Source of the DNA: Antedon mediterranea
Taxonomy: Eukaryota > Animalia > Echinodermata
Length of the DNA stretch: 64,000 nucleotides
Direction: 5' to 3'
Assembly: GCF_964355755.1 (NCBI RefSeq)
Contig: NC_092676.1
Location: forward strand, 11,137,888 to 11,201,887
Made by a program: the position numbers and the translations under genes. The notes under the pieces are model-generated. The model ran no database searches. It saw only the letters and a program-made list of their open reading frames with translations, and had not been told where the DNA came from. Within the stretch, counting starts at the first letter, position 1; every line of letters begins with the position of its first letter. This document shows positions 25,941 to 37,829 of the stretch, piece after piece.

Positions 25941-28467
25941 TGTGCAAGAAATAAAAAAAGCAGGAACATGTTTACTTATCTGATTGCAGCCCCGATCAAT
26001 TCAGACAAACTTGAAAGTTGTCTCTGGTAACTTATAATGATTAATATTGTATACACTACTGTACATATTAATTATTTTGTAATATGTTATGTTATCAACA
26101 TGACTTCATCAGGCTGGGTGAGTTGGTATGATTGCTGCACATTAATACTGGCAAAAGCCTGTGTAGTTATATAGTCATAGCGTATGTAATATTTTTAAAT
26201 CCTTATTGTATATAACCGTATGTAAATGGTATTTTAAATGAATAATTATCTAGAACAATTAAACTTGGTTTGTTGTACATCCTATTTACTGTATTCTTCA
26301 AAATGCTTTAGTTTAGTCTAGAGTGTTTACCAGTGGCATTTTCTGTATACTGAAAATTCTCCCTTTATATGGTAGCTGAACGAAGTGTACCGTACCATCA
26401 TAAAATTACCTGTTATGGCTGACTGACATGCAATTTGGTGTTAGTGTAAATGTTGTTGATAATTAATTAAAGCAAACAAGTTAAATACATTATTAGTATT
26501 TCACGGATCGCAACATGTATTAAATTTTATTTCAATTGGTTACTAATTAACATATTGAATAAAAAACAAAAGATACTACTGTAAAGTAAATGAAATCAAA
26601 ATTAATAAAATAATATTTATTATGTATCAATCAATTAAAAGCTTTTGAAATTATATTATAGAGGTAAAACATTTTGCATAAACATTGTGTAAATGTACAT
26701 TAGTTGCATTATCATTATACATTAAAATATAGGTCCGATATCATTTGGGTAATGAAAAGTACATACAATTGAGATACTATGGGGAACTACATATTTTTAT
26801 TGAGTACAGTCTCCCCTAACTTTATGAACGTAAAATAATTCATAGTTAAAACTTTTACTTGAAAAAGCATTTATAATTTCTAAGGGTGCTATTTTGTTAC
26901 AATTGTAACTTCACCTATGTTTTGGCTGAGGTGGGTGTGGCAGTGTCACTCTACATTAAAAAAAGAACACATGGACAATACATAAAGTTAAAGTTGTACA
27001 AGATATTTGTTCAATCATATACGAACCAAGTACCATATTATATTTGATATGAAACAACAAACAACTTTCTATTTTGTATGCATTATTAATATGTGACATT
27101 ATGGTGACTTTTGCTAACCCCAGTTAAAACTTCATTTTTGAAAATAAACAAATCAAACTTTGCATAGAACGACCCTACTGTCTAGATATTTTTTTTGCAC
27201 AATGTACATCTGAATAATGGTGGACATCATTTCACACTCTTAACAACTTTGTTCTATCTTCTTTTATTGTATTTGAATCACTTCGATTTCCACAATGAAT
27301 CATGTATTTCTTCAAATAACTGTAAAAAATATTATTAAATCACATTATTAGTTGATAATAGGGTTAGTGTAACTACTGTACGTGCAAATAATTATCTGAT
27401 GACATTGCCCAGATCCAAGTAATTTAAATAAATATGCACTGAAATTTCTCACCATGGAAATGCCCTTCTTACATTTTCATACAGCATTAATACCGTAGTA
27501 TCAAATTCTAGGAGGTACGAGGGTGGGAAAAATTCATGACGATATCTTTTATTTCTGAAAGTACAGCTACAACCATCTGGAAATATAATGTTTTAAATTT
27601 GATACAGAACTGTAGGCCTACTGTATTTGGTTTGGAAACATACGTACAAATATAAATTTAATCACACTAACCAATAACATTTTTTATTTTAAAAAATTGT
27701 TATCTAGAATATGAAATCCTGAATTCTATCATATGTTTTATAGATCGACCACAGAAGAGCGAGAAAAATGCTGTGAAGTAAAGTGGGCAGAGGGTCCCAT
27801 TTCAAGAAAATTAATAATAAAATAAATGTTTTACATAGCATTAAACTTTACTTGGATACGCGTCAGCAGCTGCCATGGGTACGAGTTGGTATAGGTACGG
27901 GACGGGGTTGACCTGTATTTAGTAGAAATGTATAGTTACAATTATTATAATTGTAATTTGTAGCAAAAATGTAGTTGAACATCATGATGGTTGATACTGG
28001 GCCTAGCCATGCCATAGGTGGATCGCCATTGGTTAGCCTAGCTAGTGGGTGGGGGAGGTGATACTGGCTCACACAAACCATAACAAACTCGTACCCATGC
28101 CAAATTGTATGGTCAGTTCGTACCCGAATCGAACATTATACTAGCCTAGGCTAGGCATTTTTTAGCATTTAATACAACTTGGGTATGAATCATTATAATA
28201 AGGGGGTATAATAAGGCCTGGCCTCGTAGAGCAATCAGCTAGAGCATCCTGAGGCGGATGCATGGATGGGTAAATAATCACGGCTAGCCTAGCCTACTAC
28301 TACTACTAGATAAGGTCAAGCTAGGCCACCACTGGCTGCACAAAAGGCTAGGCCTAGCTAGCTAGGCTAGCCTACATAAAACGAAATATATATATTTATT
28401 TATACTTATCTTAGTACAAAACTGCACGGTCTCCTTAGGCAGGCTAGATCGATCGGGTCGGTTCAAG

Positions 28468-28495
28468 CATGGAGGTTTATTTTTTTACCTCCATG
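28468..28495. mobile_element. 28-bp palindrome with 7-bp TSD (probable P-type excision footprint)
   Basis: CATGGAGGT...ACCTCCATG flanked by GTTCAAG (28461-28467 / 28496-28502). Confidence 0.78.
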
Positions 28496-29194
28496 GTTCA
28501 AGAGGGTCCTCCAGTGATAATTATTGATAGGGGGGGCTTGGTATTTAGGAGGACTCGTCTAAGACGATATCGGGCCCATTTTAGAGACGATCAGGTCAAC
28601 CCGTACCAAATTTGGTATAACTAATTACCAATGACTGGGCATAAAATTCTTGGTGGAAAATCATCGAAATATTTACTGAAATATCCCGATAGTTTACTTA
28701 AACAAAAATAAAATCTAAATCCTAGAATTGCATACACTGCCTCCTAGTAGTATAACCTAGGTCTATAATTATAATGCGAGCGAGTTCCATTGTTTGGTTG
28801 GGCCTACGACTCAACTCTGGTTGCCGGCGGACAATTTCACATTAGATGAATGAAGTTTTACTGTAGTACAGTACTGGGACATGCAACAGTGACACATGCG
28901 TGATATGGATGGGCCTGTTATCGTCGCTTGACATGGAACAGCGCAGCAGTTTCTTGTTGTTAGACATAAACCGTACGAGAATCGGGTGTCTGTGTGCACG
29001 TACGACCATCTAGTTATTATAATTATTCGCAATTGTATTATATTTCAACTTCTTGTACATGGCTCCTATTCTATCCAACTATATCAGTGGTCCAGTCTGT
29101 GAAGTTAAAATGTTTTGGTTAATAATACTGTACTATTGAAATTGGTGAAATAGAACTAATTGTTCTAATAATTCTTATTTTATTAATTCATCAA

Positions 29195-30930
29195 CTATGG
29201 TGATATATTGATTATCATTAAAACATTACAGTTCAAAAACATTACAGTTCTTTGTCTAGACAAGTTTAAAAAAACTACTGTGCTTCGAGAGTGCAGGATG
29301 ATACCAGAATGTTCTGGAAAAGCATATTTGAGAAGAACAGAAAGGAAAATAGCGAAGAGCGTGGGTGCAAGGACACAGCCCTGTTTCACACCACGGCTGA
29401 TATCAATTGCCTCAGATCTGGTTCCATTGAATTGGATTGTGGCTTTCATATCTTGGTGAAACCCAATCAATAATGAGAGTAAAATATCGGGACAGCCTAA
29501 ATGTTTTAAGATAGAGAAGAATACAGACCTACTAACGTTGTCAAAAACTTTTGACAGGTCAACAAAGACAACATACAGAGGTCGTTGCTGTTCCACACAT
29601 TTCTCTGGAAGTTGTCGCAGAGCAAATACCATGTCAACTGTGGAACGGGATGGTCGGAAACCACATTGGCTTTCTTGTAGAATTCTAGATGCAATAATTT
29701 GAAGCCTAGGCAGAAGTACACGTGCAAGTATATTACCAGCTATGTTAAGCAAGGAGATGCCCCTATAATTATTGCAATGGTGACGGTTTCAAATGATGGT
29801 TTATTACCATGTTCTTTTAAATACACACCCATGTTATACTGTACAATAATATGCCATTATTGAATAAATAAATGGGGTTTTTTAACATGAACTTGAACAG
29901 CTGCCCTTGTTTTTGTAGAGTGTAATGATGTTGGAGTCCTTTAGGTCCTGCGGAATACACCTTGAATGCCAACAAGTTTTAAAAAATTCAAGAAGCTCAG
30001 TTGTCAGGACATCCCCCCCTATTTTGTATGAGTGACCAAGCGGTTAAGACAGTGGAATCGCAATACCTTGCCATATTAACATCAGCAAGGGTTCGAGCCT
30101 CACTCGCTCCATGGTTCTGGTGGTAGAACGAGTTTTCTCGGATAAGGACTATAAACCGTAGGTCCAGTGTACACATCTGGCTCATGTGCACTTTAAAGAA
30201 CCTAGTACACCTTTCGAGACGAGTAGGGGGGTTACCCCGGTGAACTAGTATACACACAGCCACTGTCGCTCATCAAGAGGTCACCTTGATTGTCAGTATA
30301 CGCTGTTTAGGGTCACCCTCTATAAATAAGGTGTAATAAATAAAAACATTTTAAACACCTCTGGTGAAATACCGTCAGGCCCAGGAGATTTTTTGTTCTT
30401 CAAACAATGAATGGCTAGTTCTACCTCCTCTTTGGTGATATTTCTGCCAAGGTCATGCATGGTTGTTAGCTGCTGCATTTCCTGAAGTGCACTAGGGTTT
30501 ATGTATGTGTCTGTAGCGTAAATAGAGCTGAAGTGCTCCAACCATCGTTTAAGTTGATCTGCAGCTTCGGTGAGCACAACACCATCATTTGAAAGAAGTG
30601 GTGCGCTTTTCTTTGGAATAGGACCAATATCCGAGCACATCTGGATTCGTTTATTGAGATTAGTCCAGTAGCGATGTAAAGCATTTCTTTTAAGACGCTG
30701 AACCATGCTCTTTGCTGACTTGTAATCAGCTTTTGCAGAACGATTGTTTTTCGTCCGCATCTTATCTCTTGCTCTGCGTTTCACATGAAGAGCTGGTAGT
30801 AATATTTCAGCATTTTCAATGAACCAATGTGGCTGCTTACGTGAACACTGTCTAAAAGCACTAAGAGCACTATCTGTAAGTGCTAAACGAAGCCGGGACC
30901 AAGCAGATGTTGGACAACTAGGCCTAGTTG
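29195..30930 (-). pseudogene. Degraded RTE-clade LINE (tether and RT N-half)
   Basis: KSPGPDGISPEVFK, ESQCGFRPSRSTVDMVFALRQL, FVDLSKVFD, GVKQGCVLAPTLF. Interrupted by a SINE. Confidence 0.88.
30020..30345 (+). mobile_element. tRNA-derived SINE with a Deu/Nin-like central domain
   Basis: A-box-like TGACCAAGCGG, B-box GGTTCGAGCC, core CTCGGATAAGGACTATAAACCGTAGGTCC...GCACTTTAAAGAACC, A-rich tail. Confidence 0.75.
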
Positions 30931-32212
30931 TTACAAAGTGACCATAAGAAGGTTTTGAAACGTGTCGATGTTTAGCTGTATTTTTGTTTTGTTTTTTTCC
31001 CTGTTCCTCCGTAGCCCTTTCCACATCGGTTTCACCAGTCTCAAAACTAGTTAGTCACGGCGGGTACCACAGGAAGGTTGTGGAATAGGACTTGTAAAAA
31101 AGAGTCTATACATTCCCAATGGACTTACAGTAATATATCCGCCATATACCAGTACAGGAGATAAAGGATTGGAAGTGATTGTAGGAGAGTGAATGAAGAG
31201 ATGGAAACTGGTGGGAACCCAAGGCTAGGCCTCGTAACGCATCATTAAACTTTACCCCCCGGGAAGAATGTAGTTGTATAACTATTGTAGGTCATAGCTT
31301 AAAACTGTAGTATTTTCTAATCTGTTGCAACATTTCAATATACCCTACTGTAATACAGTATTTAATGTCCCATGTTTGTGAACGTTATTTTAATTTAAGA
31401 TAAACGTCATCATAAAAGTTCTGTGAAAGTTACATTTATATATGTGTGCATTTCCATACATTCTATTACCGTTTATCGAATTACCGAAGTTGTGTACACA
31501 GCTTGATTATAACGTTAGATGCATGTTAATGAAAATGTTATATTTGAAGGTTCTAATTGCCGCTCTTTTCAATCTTCTAACGTTATTATGAATGTTAATC
31601 TAACGTTAGATGAATTTTTATAAAGTGTTCTCTAATAGTTACCTTTACATTGATTGTGATTGTCCTTTTAACGTTCGATAAACGCTATTAAAAATGTTAT
31701 GTACAGTCGTATTTTAACATTTTTGTGAACGATCTTTGTATGTACTCTAGTAGCTTGATCAACTTTCGTATGCACTTTGAGGTCGAGAGAATTTGACTTC
31801 AGAAATTAGTTTAGGGTGGTCAAACAATCAATTTTAGCTTGGTTACACATTTTGAAAATGTGGCGAAAGGTCAAAAGGTCAGGGTGAGAAGTTATAAGAC
31901 CAAACAGCACTACGTCCTTAAATCTCGACAAACACTGGTCACAGCAAGGTAATTTTGGTCTCAAATTGATCAAAATATATATATTTATATTTAGTCTAAT
32001 GGGACATTTTAGTCAAAAATTACCGGAAATGCCATTTCTGACCTTTGACCCACAACCCAGGGCATATATGTATCTTCCTAACTACTGGTCTTAGACACTA
32101 GAATTGGGTCTTAAATTGTTCGAAATATACATTTTTGTTATTTGTTACATATTTACAAAAAGTCAAAGGGGTCAGGGTCAAGGGTTATATGAACAAATAT
32201 AAATAGGTACTT

Positions 32213-33667
32213 TTGCCAACCTACATCAAAGATAGCAAAGAAGCTGTAGTTTTGTTTAAAGATTATACATTTTCATCTGAGAGTGCTTATCTTTTTACAA
32301 TGGATGTTACGGCCTTATACACATCAATTCCTATTCAAGATGGACTTAGCGCAATGAGACATTTTATTGAACTAGATATTTCAATTAAATATCCCGCATC
32401 GACAATACTACGTCTCGCTGAACTTGTACTTAATACTACAGCCTTCAACTTCAATGGAAAGTTTTTTCGGCAAGTTTCTGGGATAAGCATGGGTACAAAA
32501 ATGGGACCTAACTTTGCTTGCCTCTTTATGGGGTATTTTGAGCAGAATGTGTTACGAGATTATAAGGGGAAGAAACCAGATTTATTCAAACGGTATATTG
32601 ATGATTGTGTTGGTGTTATGTCGGGAACTTTAGATGAACTTAATGAGTTCATTAACTTTGTGAACAATTTTCATCCTGCTATAAAGTTTACTCATGAAAT
32701 TTCTGACAAGTGTGTGCCTTTCCTTGATATTAGTTTATCTATTGATAAACCTGGTCTTTCTACATCCGTCCACTACAAAGATACTGACGCGCACACTTAT
32801 CTAAATTACAACTCTTCGCATCCTCCAGCTTGTAAGAATGCTATACCGTATTCGCAACTTGTTAGACTTCGACGTTTATGTAGCGATGATGATGACTTTA
32901 ACATCAAAGCATCTGAGATGATCGATTTTTTCAATGCACGCGAATATCCATCTGACATTACTGTGAAATCTCTAAGAAAAGTTTGCCAGTTAACGCACGA
33001 GGACACATTGCAACCTACACATAATACAAATGCTTGTGACCGCATACCTCTAGTCCTCACGTATCATCCTATGAATAAGAAGGTTATTAACATTGTCCGC
33101 GATAACTTTTCAATTTTGACTGAAGATAAATCCGCTACAAAAGATATTTTTCAAGAACCACCCATGATAGCTTATAGACGTGATCAAAGCATTAAAGACA
33201 CTTTAGTTAAATCTAAATTACAAAACAAAGGTAATGAATCAACTGGAACATTCAAATGTAATAGAAATAGATGTTCGACATGTAATTACGTTTCATGTTC
33301 AAACCAAATAGTAGGACCTTCTGGTAATTATGTTATCACAGATCGTATTACGTGCACCACTAGAAATCTAGTTTATTGTATTTCGTGTACTAAATGTAAT
33401 ATGCTTTATATTGGTGAAACTAAACGCAGGTTAGGTGATAGGTTTGTAGAACATTTAAGGTCTATTAAACTAAAGACTCCCGGATTACCTGTAGCCACCC
33501 ATTTTTGTAATAATGAACATTCCCTTTCGGATATTACTATTTCTGGTGTTAAAGTATGTAATGGTTCTGAGACATCTCGTAGAATTATAGAAGAAAGAAT
33601 AATTGAAAAGCTTGGCACTCTTGCCCCTACCGGCATAAATGTACAATTTAGATCCTTTAAACATTAA
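32213..33667 (+). CDS. PLE reverse transcriptase + GIY-YIG endonuclease (N-truncated, uninterrupted)
   Basis: MDVTALYTSIP, GISMGTKMGP, RYIDD, PFLD, CNRNRCSTC, NLVYCISCTKCNMLYIGETKRRLGDRFVEH. Confidence 0.92.
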   Translation: MPTYIKDSKEAVVLFKDYTFSSESAYLFTMDVTALYTSIPIQDGLSAMRHFIELDISIKYPASTILRLAELVLNTTAFNFNGKFFRQVSGISMGTKMGPNFACLFMGYFEQNVLRDYKGKKPDLFKRYIDDCVGVMSGTLDELNEFINFVNNFHPAIKFTHEISDKCVPFLDISLSIDKPGLSTSVHYKDTDAHTYLNYNSSHPPACKNAIPYSQLVRLRRLCSDDDDFNIKASEMIDFFNAREYPSDITVKSLRKVCQLTHEDTLQPTHNTNACDRIPLVLTYHPMNKKVINIVRDNFSILTEDKSATKDIFQEPPMIAYRRDQSIKDTLVKSKLQNKGNESTGTFKCNRNRCSTCNYVSCSNQIVGPSGNYVITDRITCTTRNLVYCISCTKCNMLYIGETKRRLGDRFVEHLRSIKLKTPGLPVATHFCNNEHSLSDITISGVKVCNGSETSRRIIEERIIEKLGTLAPTGINVQFRSFKH

Positions 33668-33888
33668 TTTTGCCAGAGACATTCACATATTAACAATTAT
33701 TTACACTTGAAGCTTTTGTCTTTGTTTTAAATTTCCTGCTTGATAAGCAACCATTCCTGCTTTGTACACCATAGCTTTTGGAGGCGTGCCTTTATAACTA
33801 TGCCTTTTGTTTGTTAACATCTTTGATTGGCTGATTTGTTTTATTATGTAATTTTGTGACTTATATATGTTATCCTTTGTTACAATTC

Positions 33889-33931
33889 TTTTCACCTGAT
33901 GATGGGCTATGCCCGAAACATGTCGTTAAAA
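33889..33931 (+). ncRNA. Minimal type I hammerhead ribozyme
   Basis: uuuucac-CUGAUGA-u-GGGC-uau-GCCC-GAAAC-au-GUC-guuaaaa: core boxes, stem II, palindromic ACAUGU stem III, stem I with one mismatch. Confidence 0.85.
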
Positions 33932-35349
33932 TAAATCTATATTGAGGCAGTTTTAACTTATTTGATCTTAAATAGGTACTTATATCTCGGCAACCACTGG
34001 TCGCAGCAAGTGAATTGTGGTCTCAAAATATTCAGAAGGCATGCATTCATATTCAGTCTAATTGGGCATTTTATTGAGAAACTTATCCTTGGACAGTAAT
34101 GTTATGCAATAACTTTTGCTTTAAATTGTTTCATTATAGGATGTAAAACAAGTCCTTTACTGTTTGTAATTGTATTTTTGCTTATAATAATGATAGAAAG
34201 TATTGTTGACCCCGAGGACGATCAAATATTGATAGCAACGTCGAACTCAACAGTTCTTTTCAGAATGCTAGAAGTAACTTATAACAAATAAACGCCCCGG
34301 GCATTTATTGTTCAGAGGTAAAAGGTATCACAGACAACTATAATAGACCAATTCATTGCAAGTACAGTATTATTAAGGAAAAGTACCTATATTTAAAAGT
34401 AAAAGACAGATTAGCTAATATGTTTATCTTTTTTACACAGGCACACAAGATGCCAAATTCAAACACCTAGAGGAGCATGACTATTTTTTAAAGTCACAAA
34501 CCAGCACAATCAATAGTGTATGATTATTAATATTACACCAATTATTATTATATCAAAATTGATTAAATATTTTCTACATAGGCCTCTAGGTTGGGGCTAA
34601 GCATATTAGCTAATGTTAAATTTTTGGCTTAGTATTACGATTCTCGGACGTAGTCTCTTTGCGGCATGTTATTTGATCGGCATAACAGTTACCTTTTATT
34701 CACCGCCAGTTATTGAACATTTCCTGGCCATCGCTGTTCACTTTATTTGCGAGAGAGGTACACATGCTGATTTCCTAGAGAATGGAATGTGAAAAATATC
34801 TTTGGCACGCCGCTCAGAGAGAAGTCTGCGTTACTGCTGAAACCACGCGCTATAGGAGGGGAATCGCCCCAAGGCCGAATCCTCTCAGGGCAGAATCTTC
34901 CCGCTACCTACTAAATAGTAAAGAGGGATTTTCCATCTCTCATGTCTACCGGATCGAGGCGCGCTATGTTCGAGAGACATGTTAAATTAATTTCAAAATA
35001 AACACGCTCGAAATGCCAATCAAGCAGGCAGTCACATTTGATGTGTTTCGCTATAACAATTATTGTTTATCGAAAGTCGTTCACAGGTTGAAAATGGTAG
35101 TTTTGAATATAAAATATGCAAGAAAGTCTGAAAAACAAAGGGTGGTCTAACACAATACATCAATGCAAAGCATAAAGTGGAGGATCATCTTATTCAGGAA
35201 CTAACAGACGATTTATTCATCATGCTGGGATTCAAAAGATTTATCAGAAGATCTGTGTTATCCAGTCGATTTAAAGTTTGCCTTGCCTTGAAGTAAAGAT
35301 GAAAAAGTCAACGTTCTGACAGAAATAAAGTTGCTTTATAACTATAATA

Positions 35350-35708
35350 AAAATAAATCTGGGAAACACGCCGAACGTTTTACAATTCTTTAAGAAATTG
35401 ATATCCGCGTCTGCTTTTGCGACCTTCTTGTTAAGTTTCTCAAACTGTCTAAGGTCCTGCTTGGTTACTGTACTAGTCGAAGCAAAGTCATTAATGATGT
35501 GGCCAAACTTCCGAACAGAATGTAAAATTAACACGAATTTGATAGCGACATAACAACTTTTAATGTCAGACATGTTTCGTCGTATTCTTATACGACATCA
35601 TCAGTGAAGTGAAAATGCGTACAGCTCACTTCACTGATAAGAATACGACGAAACATAACAAGAAGGTCGCAAAAGCAGACGCGGATATCAATTTCTTAAA
35701 GAATTGTA
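35350..35708 (-). mobile_element. Penelope-like pLTR/ORF-start fragment with an inverted partial copy
   Basis: ORF start (...LRQFEKLNKKVAKADADINFLKNCKTFGVFPRF) is typical of PLE N-termini; 35657-35708 is the reverse complement of 35381-35432. Confidence 0.75.
35566..35607 (-). ncRNA. Minimal type I hammerhead ribozyme
   Basis: uca-CUGAUGA-u-GUCGUAU-aaga-AUACGAC-GAAAC-au-GUC-uga. Confidence 0.85.
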
Positions 35709-35757
35709 TAATAAAAATATTAATAAATTCTGCTACTTAATACTAATATACCTTATT

Positions 35758-36099
35758 ATTTTTTTTTTTTTTTTGTATTTTGTATTAATATTTGTCCTCA
35801 GTGAGGAAATTAGGATTAGGCCCTCCACGGACCCACGGCAGCCAGCAGTGCAGCGCCTACCAGATTAGGCAATGAGAGTAAAGCATCTTGCCTAAGGATG
35901 CAATTAGTATGGTACAGATAACCTCGAACCAATGCCTATCACATGCTAGTCCGATATTACCATTACACCATCACTCTCCAGTATATACAGCACCCGCCAC
36001 GATTTCTAGACGGTCTCTCATCCAGAACGCAACCGGGCCCAACGTTGCTTAACTTCGGTGATCTGACGAGAACCGGTGTTTCAACGCAGTATGGCCGTA
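35758..36099 (-). mobile_element. Composite SINE: 5S rRNA head + tRNA-like segment + CORE-like body + poly(A)
   Basis: 36099->~35986 reads TACGGCCATAC...ACCGGTTCTCGTCAGATCACCGAAGTTAAGCAACG...GGGTGCTGTA (diverged 5S), then TGGTGTAATGG / GGTTCGAG boxes, TCCTTAGGCAAGATGCTTTACTCTCATTGCCT and an A-tail. Confidence 0.78.
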
Positions 36100-36770
36100 T
36101 TAGACTAGGCTATGAATGAGGTAGGTGCCACCCGGAGAGGTAGAAATTCTCATATAACTTTTCTAGACCAGTTTTTTCTGGGGAATCCAAATATATTGGG
36201 TAAACGGGCTGTAACCTGAGAACTTTTGCGTGAGGGCGCTTTTTTCAAAATGGCTGCCAGTTAGAGTAGACTATGATATCTTGGCAACCACTGGTCATAG
36301 AGAGTTGATTTTGGTGTCAAATTGTTTGGAATGTACATGTTCCTATTTGATGTAATAGAACATTTTGTCAGAAAATGGCCGGAAATACCTCTATTGACCT
36401 TTGACCCAATATCTAACAGATATCATATCTCCGTAACTACTCGACACAGAAAGTTGTAATTGGTGTCAAACTCTCCAAAATATAGATGTTTATATTCAAA
36501 CTAATAGAACATTATCTGTAAAAATGACCGGAAATAACGTTACTGACCTTTGACCCAAAATGCAAGACATTTCTCCTATCTGATCACGTTAATCCTGTCA
36601 ATTAATTCATTTTGTGCCAATTGGAGGTTGACATTCTCATATTATTTTCTGGACCAGTTTTTCATGTGCAATCCGAATATATGAGATAAATAAGCCATAA
36701 CAAGGCCAAGAATTTAATTCTTTTACTACATACATGCTTCCCTTTAGTGTTTCAGTCTGTATGTCGTGTA

Positions 36771-37722
36771 TTAATCTTCAAGATCGCTCACATCACTGCA
36801 ATCTGAAAAGTCTTCATATTCATTATGTGTAAACAGTTCCTGGACATCAGTGGGCATCACTGTCTCAATCCATTTAGGCTCCATTTGTTCGTTCCATCCA
36901 TTGTGTGTACTGTTGTTGACAAAATCATTGACGTCTGCTGATTGCCATTCTTTAGTAATAAAGTTTGCTCTAAGTATATGAAACTCAAGGGTCTGCTGAC
37001 ATAGTGGCAGTAATGATATATCTGTAATCTTGTTGTGTCTGGAAAACTTTCTGTTGAAGATATCATATCTTGCTTGATTTACACTTTTCCCCTTCACTCC
37101 ATACAATGGTGAAAAATACTCTTCAAGTTCCTCATACAACTCTTTTGATGGAACATCTGACACTCCAAGGTTGCAGAATGTGTCAACAAATGTTGCTTTT
37201 GATTCCAGAAGCTTCCAGCAGGTACGTTTTCCTTTCCGAACGAAAGCGGAGTTATACTCGTTACCTGTGAAAGCATGGAATCCAATAAGGGATGATTTCT
37301 GCGCTTTTGTTAAATCAATGTCACTCAATTTCAGTACATTTCGGTATTTCCCAGTGTTTGTATCAATAATTACCCTCTGCCCATCATCTATGAAATGAGA
37401 TAGTGAAATGACTGGAATGTCAATGTCTCCAGAATGGGAACGAATTATTGCTACGCCTTGATTGTTATTTGTTAAAGCATGCTTTGCATGCAGGATGACT
37501 TTCGTGTCGGCTTCTTCTTGGCTACTATTAAGCTCCGGAACCAATACAACATCTCAGTTTAGTAACGTAGATGCATTCTTTGTACGATGAAAAGTAAATA
37601 ACATCACTCCTCATATCTGTTAGAATGCTTTCTTTCTTTGACACTAGTACACAGCGAATAAGCTCAATCAATCTGGTCTTGTTCTCGCCGTTGGCAAGGA
37701 AATTGTTGAAATCACGGGGCAA
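36771..37722 (-). pseudogene. Academ XPG/PIN-like nuclease C-terminal region (left arm)
   Basis: FLANGENKTRLI, QEEADTKVILHA, SGDIDI, FHAFTGN...SAF.RKGK, LPLC...H..RAN; broken frame. Confidence 0.8.
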
Positions 37723-37829
37723 CTTTGATATTTTTTAGCTTACAATTACTTTTGTTGCAATACCGCGTCTGTTTCTCGCAGTGCTCGACCAGGATCCATA
37801 ACATCATCTCACTTTATTTTCGAATAGTG

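Larger units (their letters stand above)
15499..28988. mobile_element. 13.5-kb TIR DNA element with 7-bp TSD (P-superfamily-like, non-autonomous)
   Basis: 172-bp TIRs (15499-15670 / 28817-28988, 2 mismatches) starting CACCCGATTCTCGTACGG; TSD TCTGTGT at 15492-15498 and 28989-28995. Confidence 0.9.
32213..33968 (+). mobile_element. 5'-truncated Penelope-like retroelement (Neptune-like)
   Basis: RT+GIY-YIG ORF, 3' pLTR with a hammerhead, 13-bp TSD TAAATAGGTACTT (32200-32212 / 33969-33981). Confidence 0.92.

Noticed and set aside
15499-28988. ProtoRAG/Transib assignment for the CAC-starting 13.5-kb element
   Set aside because: The TSD is 7 bp rather than 5, there is no RSS-like heptamer/nonamer, and no RAG1/RAG2-like coding relic was recognised.
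34740-34985. GC-rich segment as a ribozyme or ncRNA (shares CTCATGTCTACC with ~22281)
   Set aside because: I could not fold it into a hammerhead, HDV-like or tRNA structure, and the shared match is only 12 bp.
35986-36099. Functional 5S rRNA gene
   Set aside because: The 3' half is diverged, the 5' GCC is missing, there is no oligo-T terminator, and it is fused to SINE sequence.
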